A stretch of 64,000 bases of DNA from a virus (Duplodnaviria > Caudoviricetes): positions 1 through 64,000 of the IMG/VR virus record IMGVR_UViG_3300037419_001546. One strand, written 5' to 3'. The notes beneath the pieces were generated by a model that did no database searches, was not told the origin of the DNA, and saw nothing but the letters and a program-made list of their open reading frames with translations. The translations under genes were made by a program, and so were the position numbers. The first letter of the stretch is position 1. Each line of letters starts with the position of its first letter. Positions 19,301-28,761 of this stretch are shown here, piece after piece.

Positions 19301-19912
19301 TTATGTGCGTGCCCGCGGCATCCAATCCGCGGGATATGAGTTGTCCACCGCGGGCGGTGGGGTGGGCGAGGCGCCGGGCCTCAGCGACTCCAGCGGCCGA
19401 TCACTCGGCGGCGCGGGGGCCGGTTCTTTCGCTGCACCGAATCCCTTGGCCGCCAAACGGGCGGCGCGGGCGTCCAGCTCTTCCGGGGTGCCTGACCCCA
19501 GCAAGTCCCAGTCCTCCTCGGGGATGCCGTGTTTCGCGGCCACCCGCAGGAGGGCGTTTTCGGTCCGACTCTTGGCCAGATCTTCTTCGAGCTGCGTCGC
19601 GCGCTCGGTGGCACGCTGGATATCGGTCTTCTCCGCTTCCAGCTGCTGGTTGTACTTCTCGACGATCGGCTCGGCATCGCGCAGCTTCGCGCGGTAGCCG
19701 GCGGCCTGATTGCGCGCCTTCGCCAGCGCAGCCTTCAGATCCTCGGTCGTCCAGTTCTTCTCGGCGTTCGGATCGTCCGCTGCGGCCGGCTCGACCGGCT
19801 CGGGAGCGGGAGCGGGCGGGGCCACGACGGGTGGCATGTCCGCCGGTGTCGGCGCACCGCCCTGTCCACCTGCTCCGGTCTCGATTCCGAGGGGCGCGAT
19901 GCTGTCGGTCAC
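19301..19912 (-). CDS. Scaffolding protein
   Basis: AGGAGG RBS before GTG at 19912; coiled coil LAKARNQAAGYRAK. Confidence 0.75.
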   Translation of the reverse strand: MTDSIAPLGIETGAGGQGGAPTPADMPPVVAPPAPAPEPVEPAAADDPNAEKNWTTEDLKAALAKARNQAAGYRAKLRDAEPIVEKYNQQLEAEKTDIQRATERATQLEEDLAKSRTENALLRVAAKHGIPEEDWDLLGSGTPEELDARAARLAAKGFGAAKEPAPAPPSDRPLESLRPGASPTPPPAVDNSYPADWMPRART

Positions 19913-19954
19913 GTTGTCCTCCTGGGACGTTGGGGCCGCCACCAGGGCGGCCGG

Positions 19955-20965
19955 TTAGAGATACGACTCGAATCTCTTGATCTGGCGGCGCGTGTACTGC
20001 ACGGGCTCCGAATCCTCGGACCGGCCTTCGTCCAGCAGGCGGGCCAGCGTGGCTCGCAGGATCGGCAGATGGTGCAGCGCCTCGTCCCGTTTGCTCTTCG
20101 CCGGTTTCGGCTGCGCCCCCGTCTTTCGCGGTGTCCGGGCGCCTTCCCGCGCCGGGGCAGCTGGGTCGGTACCGGCGTAGGCGTGGCCGAAGGCCTTCGC
20201 CGCTTCCTTGCCGCCGAGTCCGGCTGTCGAGGTAGCCCACAGGTCTTCGAGCCGTTCGTATTCCTCGCGGCCCTTCCAGTCCTGGCCTTTGCGGACGAGG
20301 ACGACCTCGCAGTCGCAGTGGTCGTGGTACGTGTCCGCCGCATGTCCACCGCGGAACCGGGCCGCTCGCTCGCTGGAGTAGACCGGGCCGCGGCTGGCGA
20401 GCATCGCGCAGAACGCGCAATTCTCTTCGCCGGTGAGCACCCGCGCCCACCCGATCCGCTCGCCCGCCGAATCCGCTGTGTCGGTGACCGCTTCGCGGCC
20501 GGCCTGCCGGGCGTGGCGGGCCAGTGTCGCGCCCACTCGATCGGCCACCACCCGGGTCACCGCGGGATCGGTGCGGGTCTTCTCGGTCACCGTCACCCGT
20601 ACGCGGGACTGCCTACGGGACTGCGGATCCAGCGTCGCTACCTGCGGTGTCCGCTCTCGGACCGTCACTCGAGCGCGCGGCCGCGGCGAGCTGCTCGCAA
20701 TCTTCGGCACCTCGACGGTCGGCGCGGTCGCCTCGGCGAGCACCTTCTCGATCGCTTCCACCTTGTACGGCCGGATCGGCGCCGGCCGGATCATGGGGGC
20801 AGTCGCCCGGATGTGTTCCACCGCGGCCTCGTACTCGCGTTGCCGGTGCTGCTGCACGATCGGCAGCAATTTCCGCGCCAGAGCGGCGATTTCGGCATCG
20901 GTGAGCGGCACGGTGGTCATGCGCCGCCACACCAGCCGCCGCAGCAGCCGGATCAGCGCGTTCAC
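19955..20965 (-). CDS. Head morphogenesis / capsid maturation protein (VG15-like)
   Basis: GWARV..G..CAFCAMLASRGPVY and YHDHCDC motifs. Confidence 0.75.
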   Translation of the reverse strand: MNALIRLLRRLVWRRMTTVPLTDAEIAALARKLLPIVQQHRQREYEAAVEHIRATAPMIRPAPIRPYKVEAIEKVLAEATAPTVEVPKIASSSPRPRARVTVRERTPQVATLDPQSRRQSRVRVTVTEKTRTDPAVTRVVADRVGATLARHARQAGREAVTDTADSAGERIGWARVLTGEENCAFCAMLASRGPVYSSERAARFRGGHAADTYHDHCDCEVVLVRKGQDWKGREEYERLEDLWATSTAGLGGKEAAKAFGHAYAGTDPAAPAREGARTPRKTGAQPKPAKSKRDEALHHLPILRATLARLLDEGRSEDSEPVQYTRRQIKRFESYL

Positions 20966-20968
20966 CGG

Positions 20969-22417
20969 CTACCCCGCTGAAGCAGGTGCGGCGCCGGCGG
21001 GAACGTCGCCGCCGCCGGTCGGCTGGAAATCGCGGCCATCCTGCTCGGCGCGGGCCCGCCGGGCGCGGTCGACCTTCTCTCGCGTCCAGCCGGGAATGTC
21101 TTCCCACAGGATTTCGTCCGGGATGCCGAGCATCTGCGCCAGCTTCCCGAGACCATCCACCACCTGCGCGAACGAACGGGCGGTCTGGTCGCGCCATTTC
21201 ACCTCGGACGCGAAGTCCTGCGCGGACACAGCGTCACCGGAGATGTAGGCGCAGGTGCGCAGCATCTGCTCGTGCGATTCGCCGAGGCTGGTCTCGATCT
21301 CACCGGCCTTGCGGTCCTTGCCGGCCTCCAGACCCTCCAGGGTGGCTTCGGAGATATTCGAGATCCCGTCGATACCGAGGTTCTGGGCGGGCACCTGGCC
21401 GATCGCGGCGATGTCGCGCACCGCGTCACCCTTGGCGCCGGTGTAGTTCTTCAGGTCAGTCGCATCGAACTGGCCGACCTTGACTTCCTTGTCCTTGAAG
21501 AACCAGGTGTCAGAGGCGGCGTGGCGCATTGCCTCGGCCTGATCCCTCGGGATCCAGCCCATGACGTACCGTTGCCGGAACGCCGAGTAATACTGGGCGA
21601 CAAGGCCTTCGAACACCGTCTCGTCAATGCGCTCCTGGATCACCATGAGCGGCTCGATGATGCCGAACACTTCTTCACCGTCGAGCAGCATCCGGTCCCG
21701 GTACCGCACGATCGGGCACACGCCGACACCATGCGCGCGACCTTCGATGTACTCGAAGTTGCTTGGCCGCAGGTAGGTCGCTTCCTTCCATCCGAGAGCG
21801 GAGTGTGGCACCGACTTCACGCCAATGAAGTGCACATTCTGCTCGTCGTACAGCCGGATCATCGGGCCGTTCATCTCCATCGCGACGATCGGCCAATCGT
21901 CATCGACCGGGCCGCCGGTGCGCGGATCCCACTCCAGCGGCTCGCCGTACAGGGCAGTCATCTGCCGCGGCGACACACCGCGCAGGTAGACGCCGTTGGA
22001 TGGGTCGTTCGGCCGCATCGATGGCAGCACCGTCACATACGACACCCCGTACTGCAGCGCGGTGCGGTGCACGCCGGTCTGGCGGGCGTCGAACTTGTTG
22101 CGCTGCCACCACTCCCACGGCGGCGCCGACGTCTGACCAGTGCCGGGCAGATAATCGTCCACCTTCATGGACTGACCGAAGGTGTCCAGGATCAGCGGCA
22201 GGAAGTTCGTCTGCGACTTGCGCGCCAGGCCGACCAGCGGCGACAACGGGCCCTGGAGCTGGGTGCTCGTCAATCCGCGGATCTCCAGGCACTCCAATGC
22301 CCGCTGGCTGGTCCACGGACGCATCGCGACGTCGATCTTGTCCAGCCGTTCGAGCTCGAAGGGCCTCGGCCCGGACAGCATCTGCCGGACGGCGTCGAGA
22401 GCCTGTTCCCGGTTCAC
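20969..22417 (-). CDS. Portal protein
   Basis: Follows terminase; SPP1-type actinophage portal features. Confidence 0.88.
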   Translation of the reverse strand: MNREQALDAVRQMLSGPRPFELERLDKIDVAMRPWTSQRALECLEIRGLTSTQLQGPLSPLVGLARKSQTNFLPLILDTFGQSMKVDDYLPGTGQTSAPPWEWWQRNKFDARQTGVHRTALQYGVSYVTVLPSMRPNDPSNGVYLRGVSPRQMTALYGEPLEWDPRTGGPVDDDWPIVAMEMNGPMIRLYDEQNVHFIGVKSVPHSALGWKEATYLRPSNFEYIEGRAHGVGVCPIVRYRDRMLLDGEEVFGIIEPLMVIQERIDETVFEGLVAQYYSAFRQRYVMGWIPRDQAEAMRHAASDTWFFKDKEVKVGQFDATDLKNYTGAKGDAVRDIAAIGQVPAQNLGIDGISNISEATLEGLEAGKDRKAGEIETSLGESHEQMLRTCAYISGDAVSAQDFASEVKWRDQTARSFAQVVDGLGKLAQMLGIPDEILWEDIPGWTREKVDRARRARAEQDGRDFQPTGGGDVPAGAAPASAG

Positions 22418-22430
22418 CGATCACCGCCTC

Positions 22431-24215
22431 TCACACGAACATTGCTTCGTAGGTCATCTCCTGGCGCGGTACCGCCAGCCACATCTGCCGCATCAGTCGC
22501 GCACCCACCGCGGCGACCGCGCCGTCGACCTTCTTCGCCGACTCGCGGTGTTCCTTGCCGAGGCCGACACCGAACTTGTTCGGCCGGCGCTTCGCGTTGT
22601 AGTGGTGCTGGGCGAGGATCTTGTGTCCGTCGTGCCGGAACGCCCGGTCGCTGATGTCGGTCGTGTATCGTTCGGCAGCCTCGGTGTGCAGCTTCAGGTG
22701 GCGCGGGTTGCGCATGTCCCAGATGATCGGGTGGATGAAGTCGCCCGACTTCACCGCTGGCAGTTGCCATTCCTGCAGCTGCGCCCACTCATCGCAGTAC
22801 GGCTCCCAGTATCGTTCGCCGGTCTCGTCGTCGCGCGCGTCGGACGGATCCCACCACAGCCCCAGCACATCCCACGTCCCGCAGGACTCGCGCACACGCT
22901 GATCGACCGCGGCCCGGCTGACGAGCCAGCGCACCTTGCTGCTCATCCCCGTGGGGCGCTGCCAGATCCCGGCGTAGAAGACGTTGCCGGTATCGAGGTG
23001 GCAGCCGATCAGCGCGGTCGCGTCGTCGGACTTCGAGCCATCCCCGAACAGGAACACCCGATCGCCCGCCGGCGGCCGCCAGCCTTCGTCCTTGATCGCG
23101 TCCCACAACTGCCGAGTCGTCCACGCGTCGGCCGCGGCCAGGCGCTGGTTGTACCACTTGCGTCGGGACTCGCTCGGCGGGTTCGACGTGTTCAGGATCG
23201 ACATCATGATGCGGCCGTTCGGCCGAGTATCCAGCCAGTACGAGTCGCCCTTGATCGACTCCAGCACCGCCGGCGCATCCTCCGCAGTGAGCGGAGCGTC
23301 GGGCGGCGCTTCGAGCGAGTCGTACATCAGGCCGAACTCCAGCGCGCTCGGATCCTCGCCGGTGGTCGCGTCGTAGGCGTCACGCATCCGCTCGCCCACC
23401 GAATCCTCACCGTCGCGGCAGGCGTTGCAGATATCGACCATGCGGGCCGGGGCGTCGATCTCCGACTTCGCGGCGTTGCCCTCCAGGGCGCCGGCCATCT
23501 CGTGGCCCGAGTTCGACGACAGCCAGTTCTGCGTCTCCGCCCGGATCACCAGCGTCGGGCGGCCACCCTCAATGGTGAGCGGGTTCGATGTCACCGCCTC
23601 GATCAGGCGAGTGTCGCCGAGGCCCCAGATCATGAGCTTGCCGATCTGGATCCCGTAGTGCGAGCGCGTCTCTCGCGGCACCAGGCTCGGGAACAGGCGC
23701 ATCGTGTTCTTCGTCTGCGCCTCGGCCACCGCGATGATCTGCACCCACGCGTTCGGCTCGTCCCGGCCCACCGGCCGGTCGCCGTCCCAGTGGTCGAACG
23801 TCACCTCAGCGAAGCACGCGGCCATCGCCAGGCAGGCCGCCAGCGGGTCCTTACCCCAGCCCTTCAGCCGCTGCAGCACCGCCGAGTGGTGCAGGAAATC
23901 GCCGTTCGGGTCGATCGCGAAGAACCACAGGATGAAGCGGGTCTGCTCCGGCGTGAACTGCCACGGCTGGCCCTTCTTGTCCCGCAACCACTTCCCGCAC
24001 CAGGCCAGCACCCGCCAGCCGAGCGTGTGCTCCGGCAGGCACCAACCGGTGTCCGGATCCCACTGCCACGTCGGGCCGACCTTGACCGGCTCCCACGCCA
24101 GGTTCGCAGGCGGCGCAGTGGTGGCCAGCTGGTTCTCGTACCACCGGATGATCTCAGCGAACTCATCCTCAGCCGAGACGATCAGGGCAGGGCCAGAATT
24201 ACGCGCTCTGGCCAC
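22431..24215 (-). CDS. terL: Terminase large subunit
   Basis: QRLKGWGKDP Walker A variant; FGDGSKSDDATAL nuclease motif; KKVDGAVA. Confidence 0.92.
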   Translation of the reverse strand: MARARNSGPALIVSAEDEFAEIIRWYENQLATTAPPANLAWEPVKVGPTWQWDPDTGWCLPEHTLGWRVLAWCGKWLRDKKGQPWQFTPEQTRFILWFFAIDPNGDFLHHSAVLQRLKGWGKDPLAACLAMAACFAEVTFDHWDGDRPVGRDEPNAWVQIIAVAEAQTKNTMRLFPSLVPRETRSHYGIQIGKLMIWGLGDTRLIEAVTSNPLTIEGGRPTLVIRAETQNWLSSNSGHEMAGALEGNAAKSEIDAPARMVDICNACRDGEDSVGERMRDAYDATTGEDPSALEFGLMYDSLEAPPDAPLTAEDAPAVLESIKGDSYWLDTRPNGRIMMSILNTSNPPSESRRKWYNQRLAAADAWTTRQLWDAIKDEGWRPPAGDRVFLFGDGSKSDDATALIGCHLDTGNVFYAGIWQRPTGMSSKVRWLVSRAAVDQRVRESCGTWDVLGLWWDPSDARDDETGERYWEPYCDEWAQLQEWQLPAVKSGDFIHPIIWDMRNPRHLKLHTEAAERYTTDISDRAFRHDGHKILAQHHYNAKRRPNKFGVGLGKEHRESAKKVDGAVAAVGARLMRQMWLAVPRQEMTYEAMFV

Positions 24216-24567
24216 GGGTCGCCCACCGCGTATTCGCTGCGGCGCGCGCCTGAGTGCTCCTGGTCTCCTGCTTCTCGCCGCTCTCGTCCGGCAGCTTCAG
24301 TTGCCGCAGCAGCTGCGCGAGCGTCGCACGGTGCTGCCGCAACTCGGTGATCAGCGGATTCACCACACGCTGACCCATGCTGCCCGGGATCATCACCTTG
24401 TCGCCCGCGAGCTCGCGCTCCATCGCGTCGATCAGGTCGACCTCGCGCGCGGCCTCCCGCAGCACACGCAACTCGTCCGGACGGAGATCCCACCTCCCGA
24501 CGATGCTGCGCCACAGCGCGGCCCCGGCGGGCTTCAATCCTTTGGGCGGAGCGGGTTTCGATGCCAT
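24199..24567 (-). CDS. terS: Terminase small subunit
   Basis: P.GL..AG..LW and GSMGQ.V.NPL..ELR..R motifs. Confidence 0.8.
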   Translation of the reverse strand: MASKPAPPKGLKPAGAALWRSIVGRWDLRPDELRVLREAAREVDLIDAMERELAGDKVMIPGSMGQRVVNPLITELRQHRATLAQLLRQLKLPDESGEKQETRSTQARAAANTRWATRGQSA

Positions 24568-24599
24568 GTGACCTCCAGGGTCGTCGACCGCCACCCGGG

Positions 24600-24730
24600 C
24601 GGCTGGCTGAGTCGACGCGAGGCCGACCGGAAAAACAGGAGAGGGTCGCACGCAGGATCTGGGGTGCTTTGTACCCCGCCATGGGGGCGGGGCCGATCGG
24701 GGGTCACCCCCCAGGGGTACCGGCTGCGCG
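24600..24730. other. Candidate cos/packaging region
   Basis: Between HNH and terS; G/C-run palindromes (GGGGTCACCCCCCAGGGG) resembling actinophage genome-end regions; exact ends cannot be determined. Confidence 0.4.
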
Positions 24731-25003
24731 CCGGCCTGGGTGGGGCTCTGAGGGTCGGCGTCGGGACCGGCGGGCGAGGCCTTCGGCTGCCTCGGTCCTG
24801 GTCTTCAGGTCGTGGCATCCGGGGCAGAGCGTCTGCAGGTTGTCATCGTCATCGGTGCCGCCGCGCGCCACGTTGATGATGTGGTCGACTTCGTAGCCGG
24901 GGCTGCCGCAGCGCTGGCAGGTGTAGTTGTCGCGTTCGCGGATCCGTTGAGCTGTCGCGCGGTCGACGCCGCGGTACCGGTCAGGGTCGGTGGACCAGGC
25001 CAT
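24704..25003 (-). CDS. HNH endonuclease (packaging-associated)
   Basis: RDNYTCQRC...EVDHI...GG.DD.DNLQTLC..CHDLKT. Confidence 0.9.
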   Translation of the reverse strand: MAWSTDPDRYRGVDRATAQRIRERDNYTCQRCGSPGYEVDHIINVARGGTDDDDNLQTLCPGCHDLKTRTEAAEGLARRSRRRPSEPHPGRRAAGTPGG

Positions 25004-25070
25004 GCGGTCCTCCCGTGTCGCCTCGGCGATTCGGGGATGTACTGCGGCCTGGTCCTTTACCCTGTGCGGC

Positions 25071-25343
25071 GTGACGGATGAGGAACGTGAGCGGGTTGAA
25101 CGTGAGCTGCAGGCGCTGCGTGAGCAGAACGCGAGTTTGGCCAGGACGTTGGCCGATGGCGAGACGGAGCGGATAGTCCGCGAGGCGCTGGCCACGAAGG
25201 CGCGGGCGATCTCGCAGGGCAGGCCCGATATCGCTGAGGGTGCGCAGCAGGTGATCGACAGGCTGGTGGATCAGCATGTGAAGTCGACGCTGACGCATAT
25301 GGAGTCGGTCGATGTGGAGCGGCAGCATTCGGGCGACGAGTAG
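25071..25343 (+). CDS. Hypothetical coiled-coil protein, opposite strand
   Basis: Protein-like helical composition; fills the gap between minus-strand genes. Confidence 0.5.
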   Translation: MTDEERERVERELQALREQNASLARTLADGETERIVREALATKARAISQGRPDIAEGAQQVIDRLVDQHVKSTLTHMESVDVERQHSGDE

Positions 25344-25553
25344 TCAGTGCTTGCGGCCGAGGCCTGGCCATTGGCCGGTGGCTTCGTGGTGGTAGCTGGC
25401 GCACAGGCCGGGTGCGTCGCTGACGTACTTGCGGAGATGGGTGACGCAGCGGTTGAAGTCGCCGTCGGTTCCCCATCGGATCTTGACGGCGCCTTCGCCG
25501 TGGACCCAGTACTTGCGTAGGGCCTCTGCGTCGTTGCCTGGTGCGTTGGCCAT
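25344..25553 (-). CDS. Small conserved actinophage protein (YW..G.GA.KI.WG...DF.RC...GLCA..H)
   Basis: Motif recalled from actinophage head-region proteins; RBS GGAGG. Confidence 0.6.
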   Translation of the reverse strand: MANAPGNDAEALRKYWVHGEGAVKIRWGTDGDFNRCVTHLRKYVSDAPGLCASYHHEATGQWPGLGRKH

Positions 25554-25644
25554 GGCTCTACCTCCGAGCGTTACCAGGTGCCCTGACTACGGGCGTACAG
25601 GGCGACGATCGTGAGCAGGATGACCAACGCGTCCATGGCGTCGG

Positions 25645-26313
25645 TCAGATGATGGGCACGGTGACGTCGCCTTGGTTGGCGAGCAGCATGCCGAAGTCGC
25701 GGAACGAGATGTACGCGCGGCCGTCGCGGCCCCAGCTGTCGGACCACGAGTTGAGGATGGTGAGCCGCTGGTGCTCGATATCGCCGCCGAGGACGAGGTA
25801 CTCGTGGCCGCCTTCGACCGGGCCGGTGGGTCGGATGACGCCGGCCGTGTTGGGGTCGAACATGTTCTTCGTCCACTCGGTGCCGACGATGACGGGTGAG
25901 TGCTGCAGCGCGAGCAGCAGGGCGTCGAGACCGAACGCGTGGTGGTAGGCGTCGAGGTAGCCGAGTTTGCGGCCGGCCTTGCAGACGGCGAGGCCCGACG
26001 AGCCGGTGTCGTCGGGCGGGTAGCTGCCGCTGATGCTGTCGAGTTTCGTTGCCGCCGAATAGAGTTCGACGGCGTTGTCCTCGATCAGGTAGCCGGTGCG
26101 GTGCCCTGCTTCGCCGAGCGCGGCTTGCGCGTAGTTGGTGTTGAGCCACTGGGCGAGCGCGTTGCCGGTGCACGAGCCGAGGTCGCCTTGGTCGAGCACG
26201 GGCGCCTGGTGGCTCCAGAGCACGGTCTTCGGTTTGGCCGCGGTGACGCGGGCCGGGTATTCACGGCTGCGTTCGTCGTGCTCGACGTGGCGGCCGAGGG
26301 CGTACGTGGTCAC
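25645..26313 (-). CDS. Papain-like (C1 family) cysteine peptidase
   Basis: DQGDLGSC (oxyanion Q and catalytic C), GGHEY (H), ILNSWSDSWG..G (N). Confidence 0.85.
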   Translation of the reverse strand: MTTYALGRHVEHDERSREYPARVTAAKPKTVLWSHQAPVLDQGDLGSCTGNALAQWLNTNYAQAALGEAGHRTGYLIEDNAVELYSAATKLDSISGSYPPDDTGSSGLAVCKAGRKLGYLDAYHHAFGLDALLLALQHSPVIVGTEWTKNMFDPNTAGVIRPTGPVEGGHEYLVLGGDIEHQRLTILNSWSDSWGRDGRAYISFRDFGMLLANQGDVTVPII

Positions 26314-26585
26314 TCGACGATCACCCAGTCCTCGGCGAGGAGATCGGTCTGCGATGCGAGCCACGGCACGATCGACCCCTGCGCGGTGCGCATGTCGATG
26401 TGCGGCTGGTATTCGACTGTCTCGCCGACCAGCTCGGGCGCGGCCGCGCCGAGCGGGCGATCCGCAGAGACGGTGATGTTCGAGCCGGGCACGAGGATCA
26501 GCCACATGCCGCGACCGTTCCATCCCTCGCGGGCGACGCGCTCGCCGTCGCGGAGCGCGCTCAGCGCGGCACCGAAGTCCATCAT
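26310..26585 (-). CDS. tad2: DUF2829 / Thoeris anti-defence 2 (Tad2) family sponge protein
   Basis: MDFGAAL.AL..G.RVAREGWNG.GMW and VPWLASQTDLLAEDW. Confidence 0.85.
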   Translation of the reverse strand: MMDFGAALSALRDGERVAREGWNGRGMWLILVPGSNITVSADRPLGAAAPELVGETVEYQPHIDMRTAQGSIVPWLASQTDLLAEDWVIVE

Positions 26586-26677
26586 CAGAACATCGCCTGG
26601 ACGACGCCGCCGATGAAGCAGAAGATGGCCTGCCAGGGCAGGACGTGCGCGACAGCGCTCAGGGTTTCCATGGTCAT
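26585..26677 (-). CDS. Small hydrophobic peptide (30 aa)
   Basis: RBS AAAGGA; stop abuts the Tad2 start. Confidence 0.45.
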   Translation of the reverse strand: MTMETLSAVAHVLPWQAIFCFIGGVVQAMF

Positions 26678-26841
26678 TCCTTTCGGCGGGCGCCGGGTGA
26701 AGGGTGTTGCAGCGCAGCAGACCCACCCGCGGTTGCTCTTGGCGGGTTTGCGGAGATGGGGGATCTCGTTGGGGCGCTTGCCGGGTGACCACACGCTGCA
26801 GGATGAATGCCCGGTTTGACGCTGCAAGTCTGGATACGAGT

Positions 26842-26877
26842 CAGCCCACCTCACAGCAGATGGGGTGAGGTGGGCTG
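26842..26877. terminator. 13-bp perfect hairpin downstream of the TROVE gene
   Basis: CAGCCCACCTCAC...GTGAGGTGGGCTG; no clear U-tract. Confidence 0.55.
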
Positions 26878-26931
26878 TCGTGGCTGCTGGCCGATTTTGG
26901 GGTCGGGTCGTCAGCAGCGGATTCGAGTGTC

Positions 26932-26937
26932 ACTGTA
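26932..26937 (-). promoter_or_regulatory. Candidate -10 element TACAGT (in TACAGTGA)
   Basis: TANNNT; same 8-mer as at 29000-29007; overlapped by inverted repeat GTACATGA/TCATGTAC. Confidence 0.4.
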
Positions 26938-26992
26938 CATGACCAGGGGTTTGCTGATGATCATGTACGGGTGTGTCGCTCGTGGGCGGTGC

Positions 26993-28564
26993 TCAGAACG
27001 GCCAGTCGCCGTCGCGGCCGCGCTCCAGCAGCGGGATCATGTCGAAGCCGCGGTCGGACAGGCCGCCGAAGGTGTGCCGGTACGGGCTGCCTGCGGTGTG
27101 CCCCAATCGATATCCGGCGAGGTTCCAGGTGTACAGCGGCACGGTGCCCGGGATCACGGTGCCCGGATCGCCGTAGCTGGAGTAGCTGGCCTGCTCGTCG
27201 GTGAGGATCACGACCCGTGCGTGGCGGTCGTAGGCGGCTCGAGCGACGCCGGCGGTGTTGGTACCGCCACCGATGAAGTACCCGCCGGACTTCCACCGTT
27301 CCACCGAGCGCAGCAGCGACTCTCCCGGCTCGATCGCGAACCGCAGCCCATCGTTCGAGTACGAGATGACGTCGGCGGTCTGGCAGCGGCGAGCGAGCGC
27401 CAGCCCGAATACAACCGCGGCGTCCCACCGGCGCAGCGTGCCGTCCTTGGAGAATCCGGCGTTCATCGATCCCGAAGTGTCGATGAGGATCAGCGTGCGG
27501 CCGTGCAGCTGCGGCACGTTCGCCAGCGACGCGTCGAGCGCCTGCTCGAGCGGGTATGCCCACCGCAGCGACGGCGCGGCCCGGTAGGCCGACAGGAAGC
27601 GCATCGGCAACTGGCGTGACCGGGCGACTTCGTCCGGGTCGGACAGGCGGGCCGCGACGGTGGCCGCGACGATGTCGGACACTCCGGCCTGGTCGAAGTT
27701 GCGCAAATTCCGCAGCAGCGCCATGTAACCCATCGACGGGATGATCGCTTCCCACCGGGCCGCGGTCCACGCGCCGAACGATGACAGCGCCTCCCACGTC
27801 ATGCCCGCGTCGGCGAGCGCCTGCGGCAGGCTGCCGTCTGCGGCCATCCGGTCGATGTCTTCGCTTGTGTGCCGCTTGAATTCGGCGTTGGCGCGCAGGG
27901 TCGACAGCGTGTCCGGGATGGCGAGGTCGTCGACGCCGATGCGTCGGCCGATGATGTAGTGGTACAGGTCGGCGATGACCTGCGCACCGCCGGGGTCGGG
28001 GTGGGTCAGCTGGATGACGTCAGCGAAGCGGACACCGCGAGTGTCGCTGTCCCACTTCAGGTAGCTGCGCTCGCGGTAGAGGCGGCGGGCAGCGTCGGCG
28101 ATGCCGCGCTTGACCGGCTTCGGCAGCTTCCGCCCGTAGTGGGCGTGCCAGTACGACAGCATTTCGCCGGGCTCGTCGGCGCGCTGCAGGACGGTCTTGA
28201 TGATGTCGCGGCCGCCGGATTCGCCGGCGTCGAGGCGCGCCTTGGCGGCCTCGGCGGCGAGCACGATCGGCGCTGAGCGCATGTTCGCTTCGGTGCGCAG
28301 CCAGTGCGCGAATCGGGTGAGCCAGTCGAAGTCGGTGAGCGCGACCTGCCGGACGAGAGCAGCGAACCGGTTGTCCCGGTCGCCGGCCTTCTCGTAGAAG
28401 GTGTCTTCGCCGACGAAGTTGGTTACGGCGAGGAGGAAGAGTTCGGACTGTGCGTCACGCGCGTAGCCGGGTCCACCTTCGAAAGTGGTGGCGGTGGCGG
28501 TGGTTTCGGTCCGGATCGGCCCATGCGCGGCAGGGCGGGTGGTGCCGGTTTTGAACTTGGCCAT
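26993..28564 (-). CDS. rsr: Ro60/Rsr TROVE-domain RNA-binding protein with vWA domain
   Basis: TFEGGPGY.RD..SELFLL, R.E.NMRS, PSMGYMALLRNLRN, LIDTSGSM (MIDAS), GGGT, VVILTDEQ; RBS AAGGGG. Confidence 0.93.
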   Translation of the reverse strand: MAKFKTGTTRPAAHGPIRTETTATATTFEGGPGYARDAQSELFLLAVTNFVGEDTFYEKAGDRDNRFAALVRQVALTDFDWLTRFAHWLRTEANMRSAPIVLAAEAAKARLDAGESGGRDIIKTVLQRADEPGEMLSYWHAHYGRKLPKPVKRGIADAARRLYRERSYLKWDSDTRGVRFADVIQLTHPDPGGAQVIADLYHYIIGRRIGVDDLAIPDTLSTLRANAEFKRHTSEDIDRMAADGSLPQALADAGMTWEALSSFGAWTAARWEAIIPSMGYMALLRNLRNFDQAGVSDIVAATVAARLSDPDEVARSRQLPMRFLSAYRAAPSLRWAYPLEQALDASLANVPQLHGRTLILIDTSGSMNAGFSKDGTLRRWDAAVVFGLALARRCQTADVISYSNDGLRFAIEPGESLLRSVERWKSGGYFIGGGTNTAGVARAAYDRHARVVILTDEQASYSSYGDPGTVIPGTVPLYTWNLAGYRLGHTAGSPYRHTFGGLSDRGFDMIPLLERGRDGDWPF

Positions 28565-28611
28565 GCTGTCCCCTTGGGTCAGGGGGTGCACGTGTTCGGA
28601 GTGTGGCGTGA

Positions 28612-28748
28612 AGGGCCTGAGAAAGAGGTCGACGGAGGCGTTTCGTCATTTGCTCTACCAGCTGAGCTACGGACAGTTGCCCGGCGGGACTCGAACCCGC
28701 GACACAATGATTAGCAGTGAAGTAACCCCCATCTGCGCACCAGGCCCT
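28612..28748 (-). ncRNA. Y RNA 1 (YrlA-like) with permuted tRNA-like domain
   Basis: Terminal stem AGGGCCUG/CAGGCCCU; GGUGCGCAG...GUCGACC; T-arm GCGGG-UUCGAGU-CCCGC, then closed acceptor hairpin, then D-arm GCUC-AGCUGGUA-GAGC; anticodon-stem strands UCAUU/AAUGA. Confidence 0.88.
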
Positions 28749-28761
28749 CACGCGAGGTGCT

